From the IMG/VR virus record IMGVR_UViG_3300025011_000188, positions 1 to 24,695 of that record: 24,695 nt of DNA; one strand, given 5' to 3'. The notes under the pieces were generated by a model. It saw only the letters and a program-made list of their open reading frames with translations, did not search any database and was not told the origin of the DNA. The translations under genes were made by a program, and so were the position numbers. Within the stretch, counting starts at the first letter, position 1; each line of letters begins with the position of its first letter. This DNA is from a virus (taxonomy: Duplodnaviria; Caudoviricetes). Shown in pieces: positions 7,732 through 16,226 of this stretch.

Positions 7732-8106
7732 TCATTCAAACTGAAAAATAGATTCGGTGGCTGTTGTTTGGGTTGGTGACTTAGCCTTTGTTAATTTTAA
7801 CTGATGCGATAACAATTTTAGATAGATATTTATCATTTGTCTTTCTTCAAGAGCGCTAAAGTCAATAGCCTGTACCAATGGTTTAAACTGTTTAAGGATT
7901 CCCCCTACAATTTCACTTTGTTCATCAATAATTGCCACTGTTTCATCAGAATTTTTCCTAACCCATGAAAATTGTTTTACCCAGCGACAAATTGTTGTGA
8001 ACCGGGACATACCCAAATTTTCAGCTATTTGGCGAATGGGAATTCCCTGTAAATATTGGCTTTTGGCCTGTTCAATAACTTCTGGTGGATAGTTAATCTT
8101 TTTCAT
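7732..8106 (-). CDS. HTH DNA-binding protein, terminase small subunit-like
   Basis: Y..E....AK..YLQG..IRQIAE.LG.S..TI.RW....W matches the gpP/DUF1804-type terminase HTH. Confidence 0.65.
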   Translation of the reverse strand: MKKINYPPEVIEQAKSQYLQGIPIRQIAENLGMSRFTTICRWVKQFSWVRKNSDETVAIIDEQSEIVGGILKQFKPLVQAIDFSALEERQMINIYLKLLSHQLKLTKAKSPTQTTATESIFQFE

Positions 8107-9296
8107 ATTACTGGTTCCAGGAGAATGATATCGGAATCTTTTGTTTCATGTCTAAGCTTAAAAACACCCGAGAATTTGTTAGAAGCGAACTGTAAAAAGC
8201 TATACCCTAATTCAGTCCTCCACATTTCATATTTACCATTTGCCAGTGGCTCTGCGAATGAGTCGGTGTCCTTTGTTGTGTTAAAATATGTTCCACGTGG
8301 AACAATACCTTTAGAAAGTATTTTTTTGACATTATTATATTGAACAAATGCGATGACATCAGATGTTTTGACTGGATCAGTTATTGTTACGAAGTGCCTT
8401 GAACTTTCTTTTTCATCCGGGGACAAGAATAAATGGAAAATTGTACGCGACGGTCCAAACCGTATTACAAATTGACCTTTGAATGATTGGACGATTATTG
8501 AGAACGCTCCTTTCTCATCTGGAGTTTCTGTCGTCATATCAGCGACTGACAATGATGGTTCTTCAAGTTTGATGATACCTGATTCAACCAGAGCGCTTCG
8601 TATGGCAATTCTTTTGAACTTATTCTTACTATGCCAGAAGCGGAGCTTGGATGGGATTTCTGCTGTGAGTGACTTCGGCATTGCAGACACATCATACGGT
8701 GGAATATAGCCTTGAGTGATAGCACGCTTTGACAACACGAATGGATCTTGATCCTTGGTCTTCCAAAACAACCACATAAGCGAGGTCTTTGACGATCCAC
8801 CCTCGACATCTGGATTGTCAATTGATGAATTTGGAACAAGACGAGCAACGAAACGGCCATTAAAAAGTTTGCCATGAAACCAATATTCCCGGAAAAACGT
8901 TGACAATCTTCCGAATTCTACTGAACCCGAATCAACGATAACAAAAGCGCCTTTTCCAAAATGTGTTGCTCCGATCTCCCCCTCCCTGACTTCCCCCTCA
9001 ACCTTAAGCCATACTGCTGGCTGAACTTCTTTTGGAATTGCGAGAAACTTGTCGTTTGGATTCGCTATCCTTTTTTCAAGAGAGGGACGTTTCTCCTCAA
9101 TGATCTTCTTTGCATTCGAAAAAGATTCAAATGGCCTTTCCACGCTGAAAGGATTTGTTAACGTATATCCAATAAGAGAGGCTTCATTGTATTGAATGCG
9201 TATATCTAAATGAACAGAAGTCTCTTTTCTGAAATGGGCGTGAACAACAAACTTAGTGTCGAGATTCTTTGGAGGATATTCTTCGAACGCGCTCAT
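8103..9296 (-). CDS. LigD 3'-phosphoesterase (PE)-like protein with a second degenerate PE-like domain
   Basis: FVVHAH.....HLDIR, EGEV..GEIGA...G....VDSG, F.GK.FNGR motifs; likely start ATG at 9296 after an AAGGA RBS rather than 9389. Confidence 0.75.
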   Translation of the reverse strand: MSAFEEYPPKNLDTKFVVHAHFRKETSVHLDIRIQYNEASLIGYTLTNPFSVERPFESFSNAKKIIEEKRPSLEKRIANPNDKFLAIPKEVQPAVWLKVEGEVREGEIGATHFGKGAFVIVDSGSVEFGRLSTFFREYWFHGKLFNGRFVARLVPNSSIDNPDVEGGSSKTSLMWLFWKTKDQDPFVLSKRAITQGYIPPYDVSAMPKSLTAEIPSKLRFWHSKNKFKRIAIRSALVESGIIKLEEPSLSVADMTTETPDEKGAFSIIVQSFKGQFVIRFGPSRTIFHLFLSPDEKESSRHFVTITDPVKTSDVIAFVQYNNVKKILSKGIVPRGTYFNTTKDTDSFAEPLANGKYEMWRTELGYSFLQFASNKFSGVFKLRHETKDSDIILLEPVI

Positions 9297-9317
9297 GATA
9301 TAATTATCCTTAATCAA

Positions 9318-9406
9318 GCGGCCAATGTTACTCAGCGGTGCCGAGCAGTTTTGAGTGCCCGGCACCGCCTTTCGCATTGGCCGCATCATGGGAGTTTGCT
9401 ACTCCC
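9318..9406 (-). ncRNA. Candidate structured RNA element (two hairpins, loop-E-like internal loop)
   Basis: gggagt/actccc hairpin, then a 10-bp stem gcggccaatg/cattggccgc, internal loop CGAAAG/UGAGUAA and a 13-bp inner stem with one GU pair. Confidence 0.55.
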
Positions 9407-9409
9407 GAA

Positions 9410-11143
9410 TTATGCAATATAAAATGATTTTCCTGCGTTTGAAATGACCTTCTGTTGGTAGACACGATCTTTTATGGCTGATTGAATCAATTCTTTGGTA
9501 TTTGAAATTTGTGTACCATTTATAACATCTTCGGACAATACTCTGGGTGCCCAGAGTGAAAAAGATTCCTTTGGTAGACTGTTTTCGCTTTTTCCTGTTT
9601 CATCAATTTGGTGAATAAATGTTTCATACTCAACCCTAACGAGTTGGCCTTTCGCATACATCTCTGATTTTACGTTGAATGATTTTCCAACTGGAACAAG
9701 TTCCTCATTTAATAAAATACCAAGTTCTAGATTAGCGATACCTGGCGTGCTTGTTTTGATCTCTTCCAGGACTTTTGCAGTTAATGTAGAGTTGATTCTG
9801 AACTTAACCCATCCTGACCGAATCCCCTCTAAATTGTATACTGAACCTGCCATTTTAGCTACATTGCCCTCCGAGAACGGGATTTTACCCAGCCTTTCGG
9901 TTGTGGCTTTTAACCCTTCTTTATTCGCATCTGGCGTATGAGGAATCATAGAAATCCTTAGAGTTGGAAATCCATCTGAGCCAAATCTGATATTACCCTC
10001 GTTGTCTTTGTTGACCTTTTCCATGAGTTTATAGATTTCATCATATTTTTCATTGTGATAATCCTTGCCATTAAAATAGAGGATTGCAAAACATTGTGCA
10101 AATACGTCTTTATCATCTGGTGTATTTAATAGGAGTCTGGCCGACATTTCCTCCCGCGGCCAGTGTACACGCTCTGTGCCTTGCACCGGCCACAATTCAA
10201 GTTCACAATCCAAAACTATGGAATCATAGGACAGACCTTTTGCAACATCCACCAACGTTGGTAATTTATCTGTGATGTCAGACCCATCTTCTGTAAAAAT
10301 CCATACCCGATCCTTGAGTTTATGGATGACGCCGCGAACTCCATCTCTTTTGGCCGAAGAATATACTGGGAAATCTTCATCCTTGAACTGATCTAAGAAA
10401 ACTTCCATTGTTTGACGTTGACCTTCGGTGTGGGCTTTGGTTGGCTTCATTGGTTTAAAGAATCGCCCAGGAATAATACGATTCTCTTTTGCAGATTCTT
10501 CAGCCTCAAGACTTGTCTTTTTCTTCTCTTCTGACTGACTCTCTTGCATCTTGACAATTACAGGTTCAGGATTGACGACAATTTGGAGATCACCAATATT
10601 GTAATGGTTTGTAAATGGTCCGTCGTCCTTTGACTTGAAAATATGGATGCGATGGCGTAAGTCGGGTGGGAGCATGCGGTATAATCGAAATGAGATAATG
10701 TTGAAGAGCTGTTCTTCTGATGGAAGTTTGATCAAGATATCAATATCATTGCCACCGGCTTCATTACAAGCGATGCCTCCAACCAATGATATGGCGTTTT
10801 TGGAAATGATGAAGGATGATTTAAGGTACTCTTTGATAGAATCCCAAGTGATCTTCTTTTCCTGAGAATCTCCGGATTTATCTGATATAACAGGTGCATA
10901 CTCAGCCAGTTTTTCAATTTTTAAACTTGCCATGTCAATAGGAGCTTTGTCATTGTGGTTGAATTTTCTTTTCTTCATTTCTTCTACAACGAAGATATGA
11001 GCATTTACCAGTTGTTCGTTCTCCTGACCCGGATTCTCTTTTTGGAAATTTGAGTATAATTGATGAAGCCTGAGATGCAATGCTGTTAACTCATTCCCTG
11101 AGATTATCGATAGACTTTTTGAGTTTATCTCTTCTATTTTCAT
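9410..11143 (-). CDS. Multidomain ATP-dependent ligase: His-rich domain + pol-beta-like nucleotidyltransferase + ligase
   Basis: Ligase motifs KRDG (K265), LDCEL, FAILY, EGNVAK, WVKFR; upstream LVGG..x..NDIDILI nucleotidyltransferase motif. Confidence 0.8.
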   Translation of the reverse strand: MKIEEINSKSLSIISGNELTALHLRLHQLYSNFQKENPGQENEQLVNAHIFVVEEMKKRKFNHNDKAPIDMASLKIEKLAEYAPVISDKSGDSQEKKITWDSIKEYLKSSFIISKNAISLVGGIACNEAGGNDIDILIKLPSEEQLFNIISFRLYRMLPPDLRHRIHIFKSKDDGPFTNHYNIGDLQIVVNPEPVIVKMQESQSEEKKKTSLEAEESAKENRIIPGRFFKPMKPTKAHTEGQRQTMEVFLDQFKDEDFPVYSSAKRDGVRGVIHKLKDRVWIFTEDGSDITDKLPTLVDVAKGLSYDSIVLDCELELWPVQGTERVHWPREEMSARLLLNTPDDKDVFAQCFAILYFNGKDYHNEKYDEIYKLMEKVNKDNEGNIRFGSDGFPTLRISMIPHTPDANKEGLKATTERLGKIPFSEGNVAKMAGSVYNLEGIRSGWVKFRINSTLTAKVLEEIKTSTPGIANLELGILLNEELVPVGKSFNVKSEMYAKGQLVRVEYETFIHQIDETGKSENSLPKESFSLWAPRVLSEDVINGTQISNTKELIQSAIKDRVYQQKVISNAGKSFYIA

Positions 11144-11145
11144 GA

Positions 11146-12276
11146 TTAAACCACCTCCATTTCTTTTTCTGGCGCTGCCCCGGACATGGTTTCTCCAAAT
11201 ATAAATGCCGGATATAACGGTTCGCTAAAATTCAGGTCGCATAATCTTTTAATAACCTGAAATTGAATTACATTCTGAAGCATTGACGTATCGGAGAGTT
11301 TGTATTCATGGCGGACTAAATCATGTACCCTGGCAAGGCTATACGACCCCTTCGTGCCTTCCTGGACTGTTTGAGTGGCACCTAAGACAGCCTTTGTCAT
11401 TTCGGCATTACACGAATCAATCAAGTCACGATAAGAAATATCGCCCTGTGCGACCCTAAGAAAATCTATCTTGAAAGAATCTGGCAACACCATTCCTGTT
11501 TCATTTTGTAAGTCTTTGAGTGCGTTAAGCGCTTGTGTTTGTAATGTTGAATCAGGATCAGATGAAGGATAATAAATAATTGCTGTTGGCCCACCGAATC
11601 GTTCAAGAAAAACTCCCCAGAATTTAAAGCCAATTTCTTTTTTAAGCCAGGCATAAAAATAACACTTTTCGAGTAATGGCCTACCATAAGGTGGTTCTCC
11701 GTCAAAAACTGTATGAACAATACGTTCTTGAGGAATAAGTATATCCTTATAAGTTTGAATATCTTTTGCAAATACGTCAAAGCCGGTAGTTGGCTTTGCT
11801 TTGAAGGTGAATAGCCTTTGATTGTGGTGAATGAACTTTGAGATTATAATTTTACCTTTCCAAATTCCTTTTAGACACTCACCAAAGACCATTTCAGAAA
11901 TTGCGAATCCTTTTGGTATAGCTTCGAGAAACATTTTGAAGTGATTTTTCATATCACCTTCGATAAGCTTTAGAGCAAATAAGCAAAAATCTCTTTGCTT
12001 TAGAGCTTCGAGTGATCCATTTGCTGCTTCAAGCCACCACGGGAACGATGCCGCTCCCATTTTCCGAGTGTTGAGAATTGAATAGAGATGTGTATCCTTT
12101 GCCACTATTTTGTCGTAATAATCAAAACCCTCAAACCGAAGTATCTCATCCGGCGAACGTAATTCAAGATCATATTTTGTGAGAATTTGTTCGTTGGTAA
12201 GAAGTATTTTTGGTGTTGGAGTAACTTGATTCTGACTATCATTTTGGCTAGATTCCTGGCCTGGTTCCATACTCAT
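11146..12276 (-). CDS. Portal protein (Mu gp29/DUF935-like)
   Basis: D.HL.S.L.TRK, GFAISE, PYGRPLL..CY....K....KFW..FLERFG.P, KAVLG.T, SLARVH motifs; follows TerL. Confidence 0.9.
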   Translation of the reverse strand: MSMEPGQESSQNDSQNQVTPTPKILLTNEQILTKYDLELRSPDEILRFEGFDYYDKIVAKDTHLYSILNTRKMGAASFPWWLEAANGSLEALKQRDFCLFALKLIEGDMKNHFKMFLEAIPKGFAISEMVFGECLKGIWKGKIIISKFIHHNQRLFTFKAKPTTGFDVFAKDIQTYKDILIPQERIVHTVFDGEPPYGRPLLEKCYFYAWLKKEIGFKFWGVFLERFGGPTAIIYYPSSDPDSTLQTQALNALKDLQNETGMVLPDSFKIDFLRVAQGDISYRDLIDSCNAEMTKAVLGATQTVQEGTKGSYSLARVHDLVRHEYKLSDTSMLQNVIQFQVIKRLCDLNFSEPLYPAFIFGETMSGAAPEKEMEVV

Positions 12277-12367
12277 TTATTTTTCTTCTTAAAAAAAACT
12301 TATCGCTCTAACTGAAAAAAAAAGCATTAACTTTAGAATAGCTTAATTTAAAACATAAGTCAAATCT

Positions 12368-13870
12368 TTAAAACCTTGACATGACTTTGTTTGTTGTTTT
12401 TCTTGCAAATTTCTCATTTGATGCCATTACTCTTGACGTTTCAACCGGAGCGACTCTATTTCCAAGTTTTGATGATACGAAGTTAAACGAAACGATTGGT
12501 GTTGATAAGGCACCACCGAGACATAGCGCACTTGAGTCAATATAATCCTCATGCTCACCTTTTTCAGCCCTGAGCACAACACAAGACCCCTTGTATGATT
12601 TTTGGACATTGAGAATCTGAGATGATAAAATAGACCAAACGCCCTTTTCTTTTCTTCGAGGACGAATCAATCGTTTGCTCTTTAATTCATACAATAATTT
12701 GTCATGCAAAACCCACAGATTATATGCTGTAACCGGTGTGACCAAATGAGAAAATGCGCCCATGAGAAAATCAGTATTTGTATCACCTATGCCGGTTGAC
12801 TCCGACCAGATCGACTTCAAATTTGTTCTGTAAGAATTAAGGAATTTTTGAATTTGGATGTGCTGGGATGGATAATCATCGCCTTGTAAATCAAGAAAAT
12901 CAATCCAGCGACAGTGGTTCGATAATTTTTCAATAATTGTAACAATTGTTGATGAATCGTTTTTACCCCAATCTACACCGGCATGAAGTGTTCCCCCTGA
13001 TGTCTGACCCGGATCATAGTCGCCAAGCATATCAGTATCCTCCCACAAATCTATTGTCATTGCATTACCCGATGCTAAAATCCATTCGAGTTTGAGATTC
13101 AATCGTACTTCGGTTGAAAATTCTCCGATTCTTTCAATCTCCTTAAGTACCCAGGATTTATAATCTGATGAATATTGCATGGCAATGTTATAGGGAATAC
13201 TGGAGTGACATTCTGGTGCCTTGCTTTTATTGCGTTCTATTTGGTTTAGAAATGGTCCCTGAGATGTCCAGGCGGTGCCATAGGCTAACATTGTGCCATT
13301 TGTACTTGCAACCGATGGAGCAAACATTTTATGAACTGCAAATTGAGACAACTTTTGAGCTTCATCGAAAACCAAAAGATGAAATGATTCACCTTCGTTG
13401 TTAGATAATGGGGAACCCGACAAAGCTCGCATGGATGATCCATTTGATAATTCAAAGTAGTCATAATTTGAAGCCGTGATTTTAATCTTGAGACTTTGTA
13501 GTGTCTTGATGAACGGTTCTTGCCTGGCGAATTTCTTGAGTCGTTTAAGTGTAATTCTTGCTTGATCAATTTTGGGACCGACGATACCGACGTTGAAGCC
13601 AAGTCTGAAATTTTTCGCATGAGGATATTTGGCACAAAAAGAATCAAGTTTAGAAAGTTCATGGATTAAAATCATACACACCAATGATACTGAGGCGATA
13701 GAGATTGTTTTGCCAGTTTGCCTGGCGCGTTCTCGAGTTAAGAAATTTCCTTTCCCTTCAAGAATATCCTCGAGTTCAACCTTTAAGTCTTCCAGTTGAT
13801 ATGGGTAAAGCTGAAATGGAATTAAGCTTTGAACCAGTTGAAAAAAGTTGTTAGGTAAATCGTGGAGCAT
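12368..13870 (-). CDS. terL: Terminase large subunit
   Basis: Q motif YPYQ, Walker A RQTGKT, Walker B LLVFDEAQ, GT coupling motif, RNase H-like GVDWG..DST and HEDYID. Confidence 0.92.
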   Translation of the reverse strand: MLHDLPNNFFQLVQSLIPFQLYPYQLEDLKVELEDILEGKGNFLTRERARQTGKTISIASVSLVCMILIHELSKLDSFCAKYPHAKNFRLGFNVGIVGPKIDQARITLKRLKKFARQEPFIKTLQSLKIKITASNYDYFELSNGSSMRALSGSPLSNNEGESFHLLVFDEAQKLSQFAVHKMFAPSVASTNGTMLAYGTAWTSQGPFLNQIERNKSKAPECHSSIPYNIAMQYSSDYKSWVLKEIERIGEFSTEVRLNLKLEWILASGNAMTIDLWEDTDMLGDYDPGQTSGGTLHAGVDWGKNDSSTIVTIIEKLSNHCRWIDFLDLQGDDYPSQHIQIQKFLNSYRTNLKSIWSESTGIGDTNTDFLMGAFSHLVTPVTAYNLWVLHDKLLYELKSKRLIRPRRKEKGVWSILSSQILNVQKSYKGSCVVLRAEKGEHEDYIDSSALCLGGALSTPIVSFNFVSSKLGNRVAPVETSRVMASNEKFARKTTNKVMSRF

Positions 13871-14074
13871 AAAACCTCAATGAATCAAAATTTCTAAAAG
13901 AAAGTGAATAGCGGGAACGATAACGCCTCTGAGAGAAAAGGAGAGAGAGAAGCGCCACCGCCCCCGCGGAGCAAAAACAAAAAAAGGCAACGAAACTTGT
14001 CCAAGACTGGTACCGTTCACCACTACCAGGCCACCCCTAATTCTATCCACGAAGCCCGCTGGCTTGTTTTTTTG

Positions 14075-14545
14075 CTACTCGGCGGCCATACGGGTGTTGT
14101 AACGGTCGTGCTCAAGCGTATAAGGCTTGTATGGGTTGTGGGGTTTAATTGGCATTTTGTCGGGAGTTATAACCGGCATCATAAGCATTGTAACGCTATT
14201 GCATGTGCAGCGGTAGGGGAAATTGTACCATTGCTGCCGTTTTTTCTCCCAGACGTTGTAATAGCCGGTTCCGCCACAACTATTACAGAACTGATGATTT
14301 ACGTATTCTTGCTTTGCGTTAACACGCGGCAAAAACGATTTAAAAACCTCAATTGTTGGAAATGAATGAGATTTAGACTCGGTTATTATCAAGTCACAAA
14401 CCTTGCTGAAAGTGTCGTCTGTAAAGCTTTTAAGCTCTGCTACTAAAAGCCTTGCTTTACTTTCCCTTACAGCCTGAGTTGCGCTGGGGGAGTAGTTATC
14501 ATACATCCGCGATACTTGATCTAATGCCACGCTTTGACTTATCAT
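14075..14545 (-). CDS. Replication-associated protein (helicase loader/inhibitor-like) with Zn finger
   Basis: ATGA-coupled to the initiator; FPTI motif then CNSCGGTG...CTC. Confidence 0.55.
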   Translation of the reverse strand: MISQSVALDQVSRMYDNYSPSATQAVRESKARLLVAELKSFTDDTFSKVCDLIITESKSHSFPTIEVFKSFLPRVNAKQEYVNHQFCNSCGGTGYYNVWEKKRQQWYNFPYRCTCNSVTMLMMPVITPDKMPIKPHNPYKPYTLEHDRYNTRMAAE

Positions 14546-15936
14546 CGCTGTATACCTACTTTCGCATAGATTTCCTTTCGTTGCGCTTCATCCTCTTCCA
14601 TCTTCTTTTTCATCCGGTCTGCCTGTTCCTGCAAGGTTTCTGGCTGCTTAGTTTCAACCTCATCCATCCATCGTCCATCTCGTAGCCAGGCGTCAGCGGC
14701 TGGGAAGTAGGTGTAATTCGTGTCGTCCCGCGGATGTTTGTCTTTTTGCACTCTCAGGGTGATTATTATCTTTGTGTAAAGGTCTTGGGCATCTTGGTCA
14801 CTCAGAGATGGATTTAAAAACATTTCGAACCAAATTTGTTCTACGATAAATCTTTTTGTCTTCTTTGGGTGTATGGAGATATATTTCAAAAACCATTCCG
14901 CTACTTTTTGACGCTTTTTTGTTTCTTCGGTTTCCGAATTATCTGCATTTTTAAGTTGTTTTCTTTTTTCCTTCGCCCGTTCGTTTGGAATTGCTTTACA
15001 TTCATCATGATACCCGTTGTTGTTTAGGTTTTCAGGTAAATCGTATTCATGACATAAAGTACATTTCAGATAATTGGCATTACCACACGCATCTAATGCG
15101 CGTTGTCTTTGGTGCAATAGGTTGTGATATGCTATATCTTGGCATAAAACCAAATTATTTGTTTTATTGTTGGCTTTATTCCCATCTATATGGTGGACAA
15201 TTGATGTTGCTGGAATTGGTTTGCCCAACGACTTTTCTACCACCAGGCGATGTTCTCGTACAAACCCCTCTGAATTTGCATTTGGATGATAAGGATGATA
15301 AATAAGTACATAACCACCATTTAACTTTATATCGCTAAGTGTCGAACACAAGGATTGAGACTTATGACTTTCTGACGTTTTTTCATTTTCCTGAAAGCCT
15401 TGATTTTGCTGGTTTTTTTCTCCTTGTACAAGTTCAACCATCGGGCGCGAGTGTGTTTCTTTTTTGTCTTCTTTTTCGTCTACAGCTACAGCTACAGCTA
15501 CATAGGCTGATTCTGCTGACGCTTGGCTTATTTTGCTTACGCTTGCTGACGCCTGCTTACTATTGCTTGCTATTTTTGCCCTTAACTTTGCCTGTGCTAT
15601 TCGATTTTGTTCACGCCTATCTTCTTCATTTTTTATAGCGCTGTATTTTGAATGATTGACAATTCTCCACCCCCAATTGCGATGCCCGTCCATTCTCTCA
15701 AGTCTGCGTCCATCAAGTTCTTGCGACCGTGAGTCGGTGTCAGGCGATTCCAACTCCAGGATCGCATTCTTAACATCATCTAGTGGCATCCCAGTCTCGT
15801 CTGCTATCACCCTAAACGTCCTATCGATATAGCCGTCTTTATCCGCATTGACGATTAAGTTCATCCAAACCAAAAGAACATCCCGTTTGCCTCGCATCGT
15901 GCCCTCGAAGACACTTTTGAATATCTTTCCGTACAT
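14542..15936 (-). CDS. Phage replication initiator with in-frame HNH endonuclease domain
   Basis: N-terminal wHTH-like region, low-complexity iteron linker, EHR......VHHIDGNK.NN..NL HNH motif, C-terminal PKK...P....WL..GRW.DE. Confidence 0.8.
   Translation of the reverse strand: MYGKIFKSVFEGTMRGKRDVLLVWMNLIVNADKDGYIDRTFRVIADETGMPLDDVKNAILELESPDTDSRSQELDGRRLERMDGHRNWGWRIVNHSKYSAIKNEEDRREQNRIAQAKLRAKIASNSKQASASVSKISQASAESAYVAVAVAVDEKEDKKETHSRPMVELVQGEKNQQNQGFQENEKTSESHKSQSLCSTLSDIKLNGGYVLIYHPYHPNANSEGFVREHRLVVEKSLGKPIPATSIVHHIDGNKANNKTNNLVLCQDIAYHNLLHQRQRALDACGNANYLKCTLCHEYDLPENLNNNGYHDECKAIPNERAKEKRKQLKNADNSETEETKKRQKVAEWFLKYISIHPKKTKRFIVEQIWFEMFLNPSLSDQDAQDLYTKIIITLRVQKDKHPRDDTNYTYFPAADAWLRDGRWMDEVETKQPETLQEQADRMKKKMEEDEAQRKEIYAKVGIQR
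15480..15570. repeat. Iteron-like repeats within the initiator gene (putative origin)
   Basis: (ctacag)x3-4, then 10-bp-phased units ttctgctgac/gcttggctta/ttttgcttac/gcttgctgac/gcctgcttac/tattgcttgc. Confidence 0.7.
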
Positions 15937-15971
15937 TTTACCCTCTCATAAAAAAGATAATAATTAGTTCA

Positions 15972-16015
15972 TTACGCCTGCTTACGCCTGCTTACGCCTG
16001 CTTACGCCTGCTTAC
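15972..16015. repeat. Perfect 10-bp tandem repeat (ttacgcctgc)x4.4 upstream of the initiator
   Basis: Directly visible; the unit gcctgcttac is identical to the intragenic unit at 15551-15560. Confidence 0.95.
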
Positions 16016-16022
16016 TGTAATG

Positions 16023-16052
16023 ATAATATATTACCTTTTCTATATTTGTCAA
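16023..16052 (-). promoter_or_regulatory. sigma70-type promoter for the replication initiator
   Basis: TTGACA (16047-16052) with TATATT at 16 nt or TATTAT at 18 nt spacing. Confidence 0.65.
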
Positions 16053-16070
16053 GACAAAAAAATCAACCCA

Positions 16071-16193
16071 TCATCTTTTAACCCTCTTCCGCTCTTTGTC
16101 CCAATAATACGATTTGCATCTGGGACACTGTCGCACATTTTCCGTGCGTGGTATCCACTCTTCCTCGCACCGCTTGCATTTTAATTTTTGCAT
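16071..16193 (-). CDS. 40-aa zinc-ribbon microprotein (not in ORF track)
   Basis: MQKLKCKRCEEEWIPRTENVRQCPRCKSYYWDKERKRVKR; strong AAGGAGGT RBS. Confidence 0.75.
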   Translation of the reverse strand: MQKLKCKRCEEEWIPRTENVRQCPRCKSYYWDKERKRVKR

Positions 16194-16226
16194 TCAATAC
16201 CTCCTTTTAAAAGTTATTCCTTAAAA

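Noticed and set aside
9318-9384. Hammerhead ribozyme (GAAA and CUGA-like strings) or intrinsic terminator
   Set aside because: Two-way internal loop rather than a three-way junction, CUGAGUA does not fit CUGANGA, and there is no U-tract
9297-9412. Stop-codon readthrough fusing ligase and PE into one LigD-like polypeptide
   Set aside because: The ORFs are in different frames and PE has its own RBS and ATG at 9296; no clear slippery site
14052-14073. Plus-strand terminator-like hairpin aagcc-cgct-ggctt followed by T7
   Set aside because: Only a 5-bp stem and no credible plus-strand gene upstream
14992-15345. Intein in the replication initiator
   Set aside because: No Hint-domain blocks or C-terminal His-Asn followed by Cys/Ser/Thr recognised
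15972-16015. Possible CRISPR array
   Set aside because: 10-bp contiguous units with no spacers and no cas operon; the PD-(D/E)XK gene is a typical phage recombination nuclease
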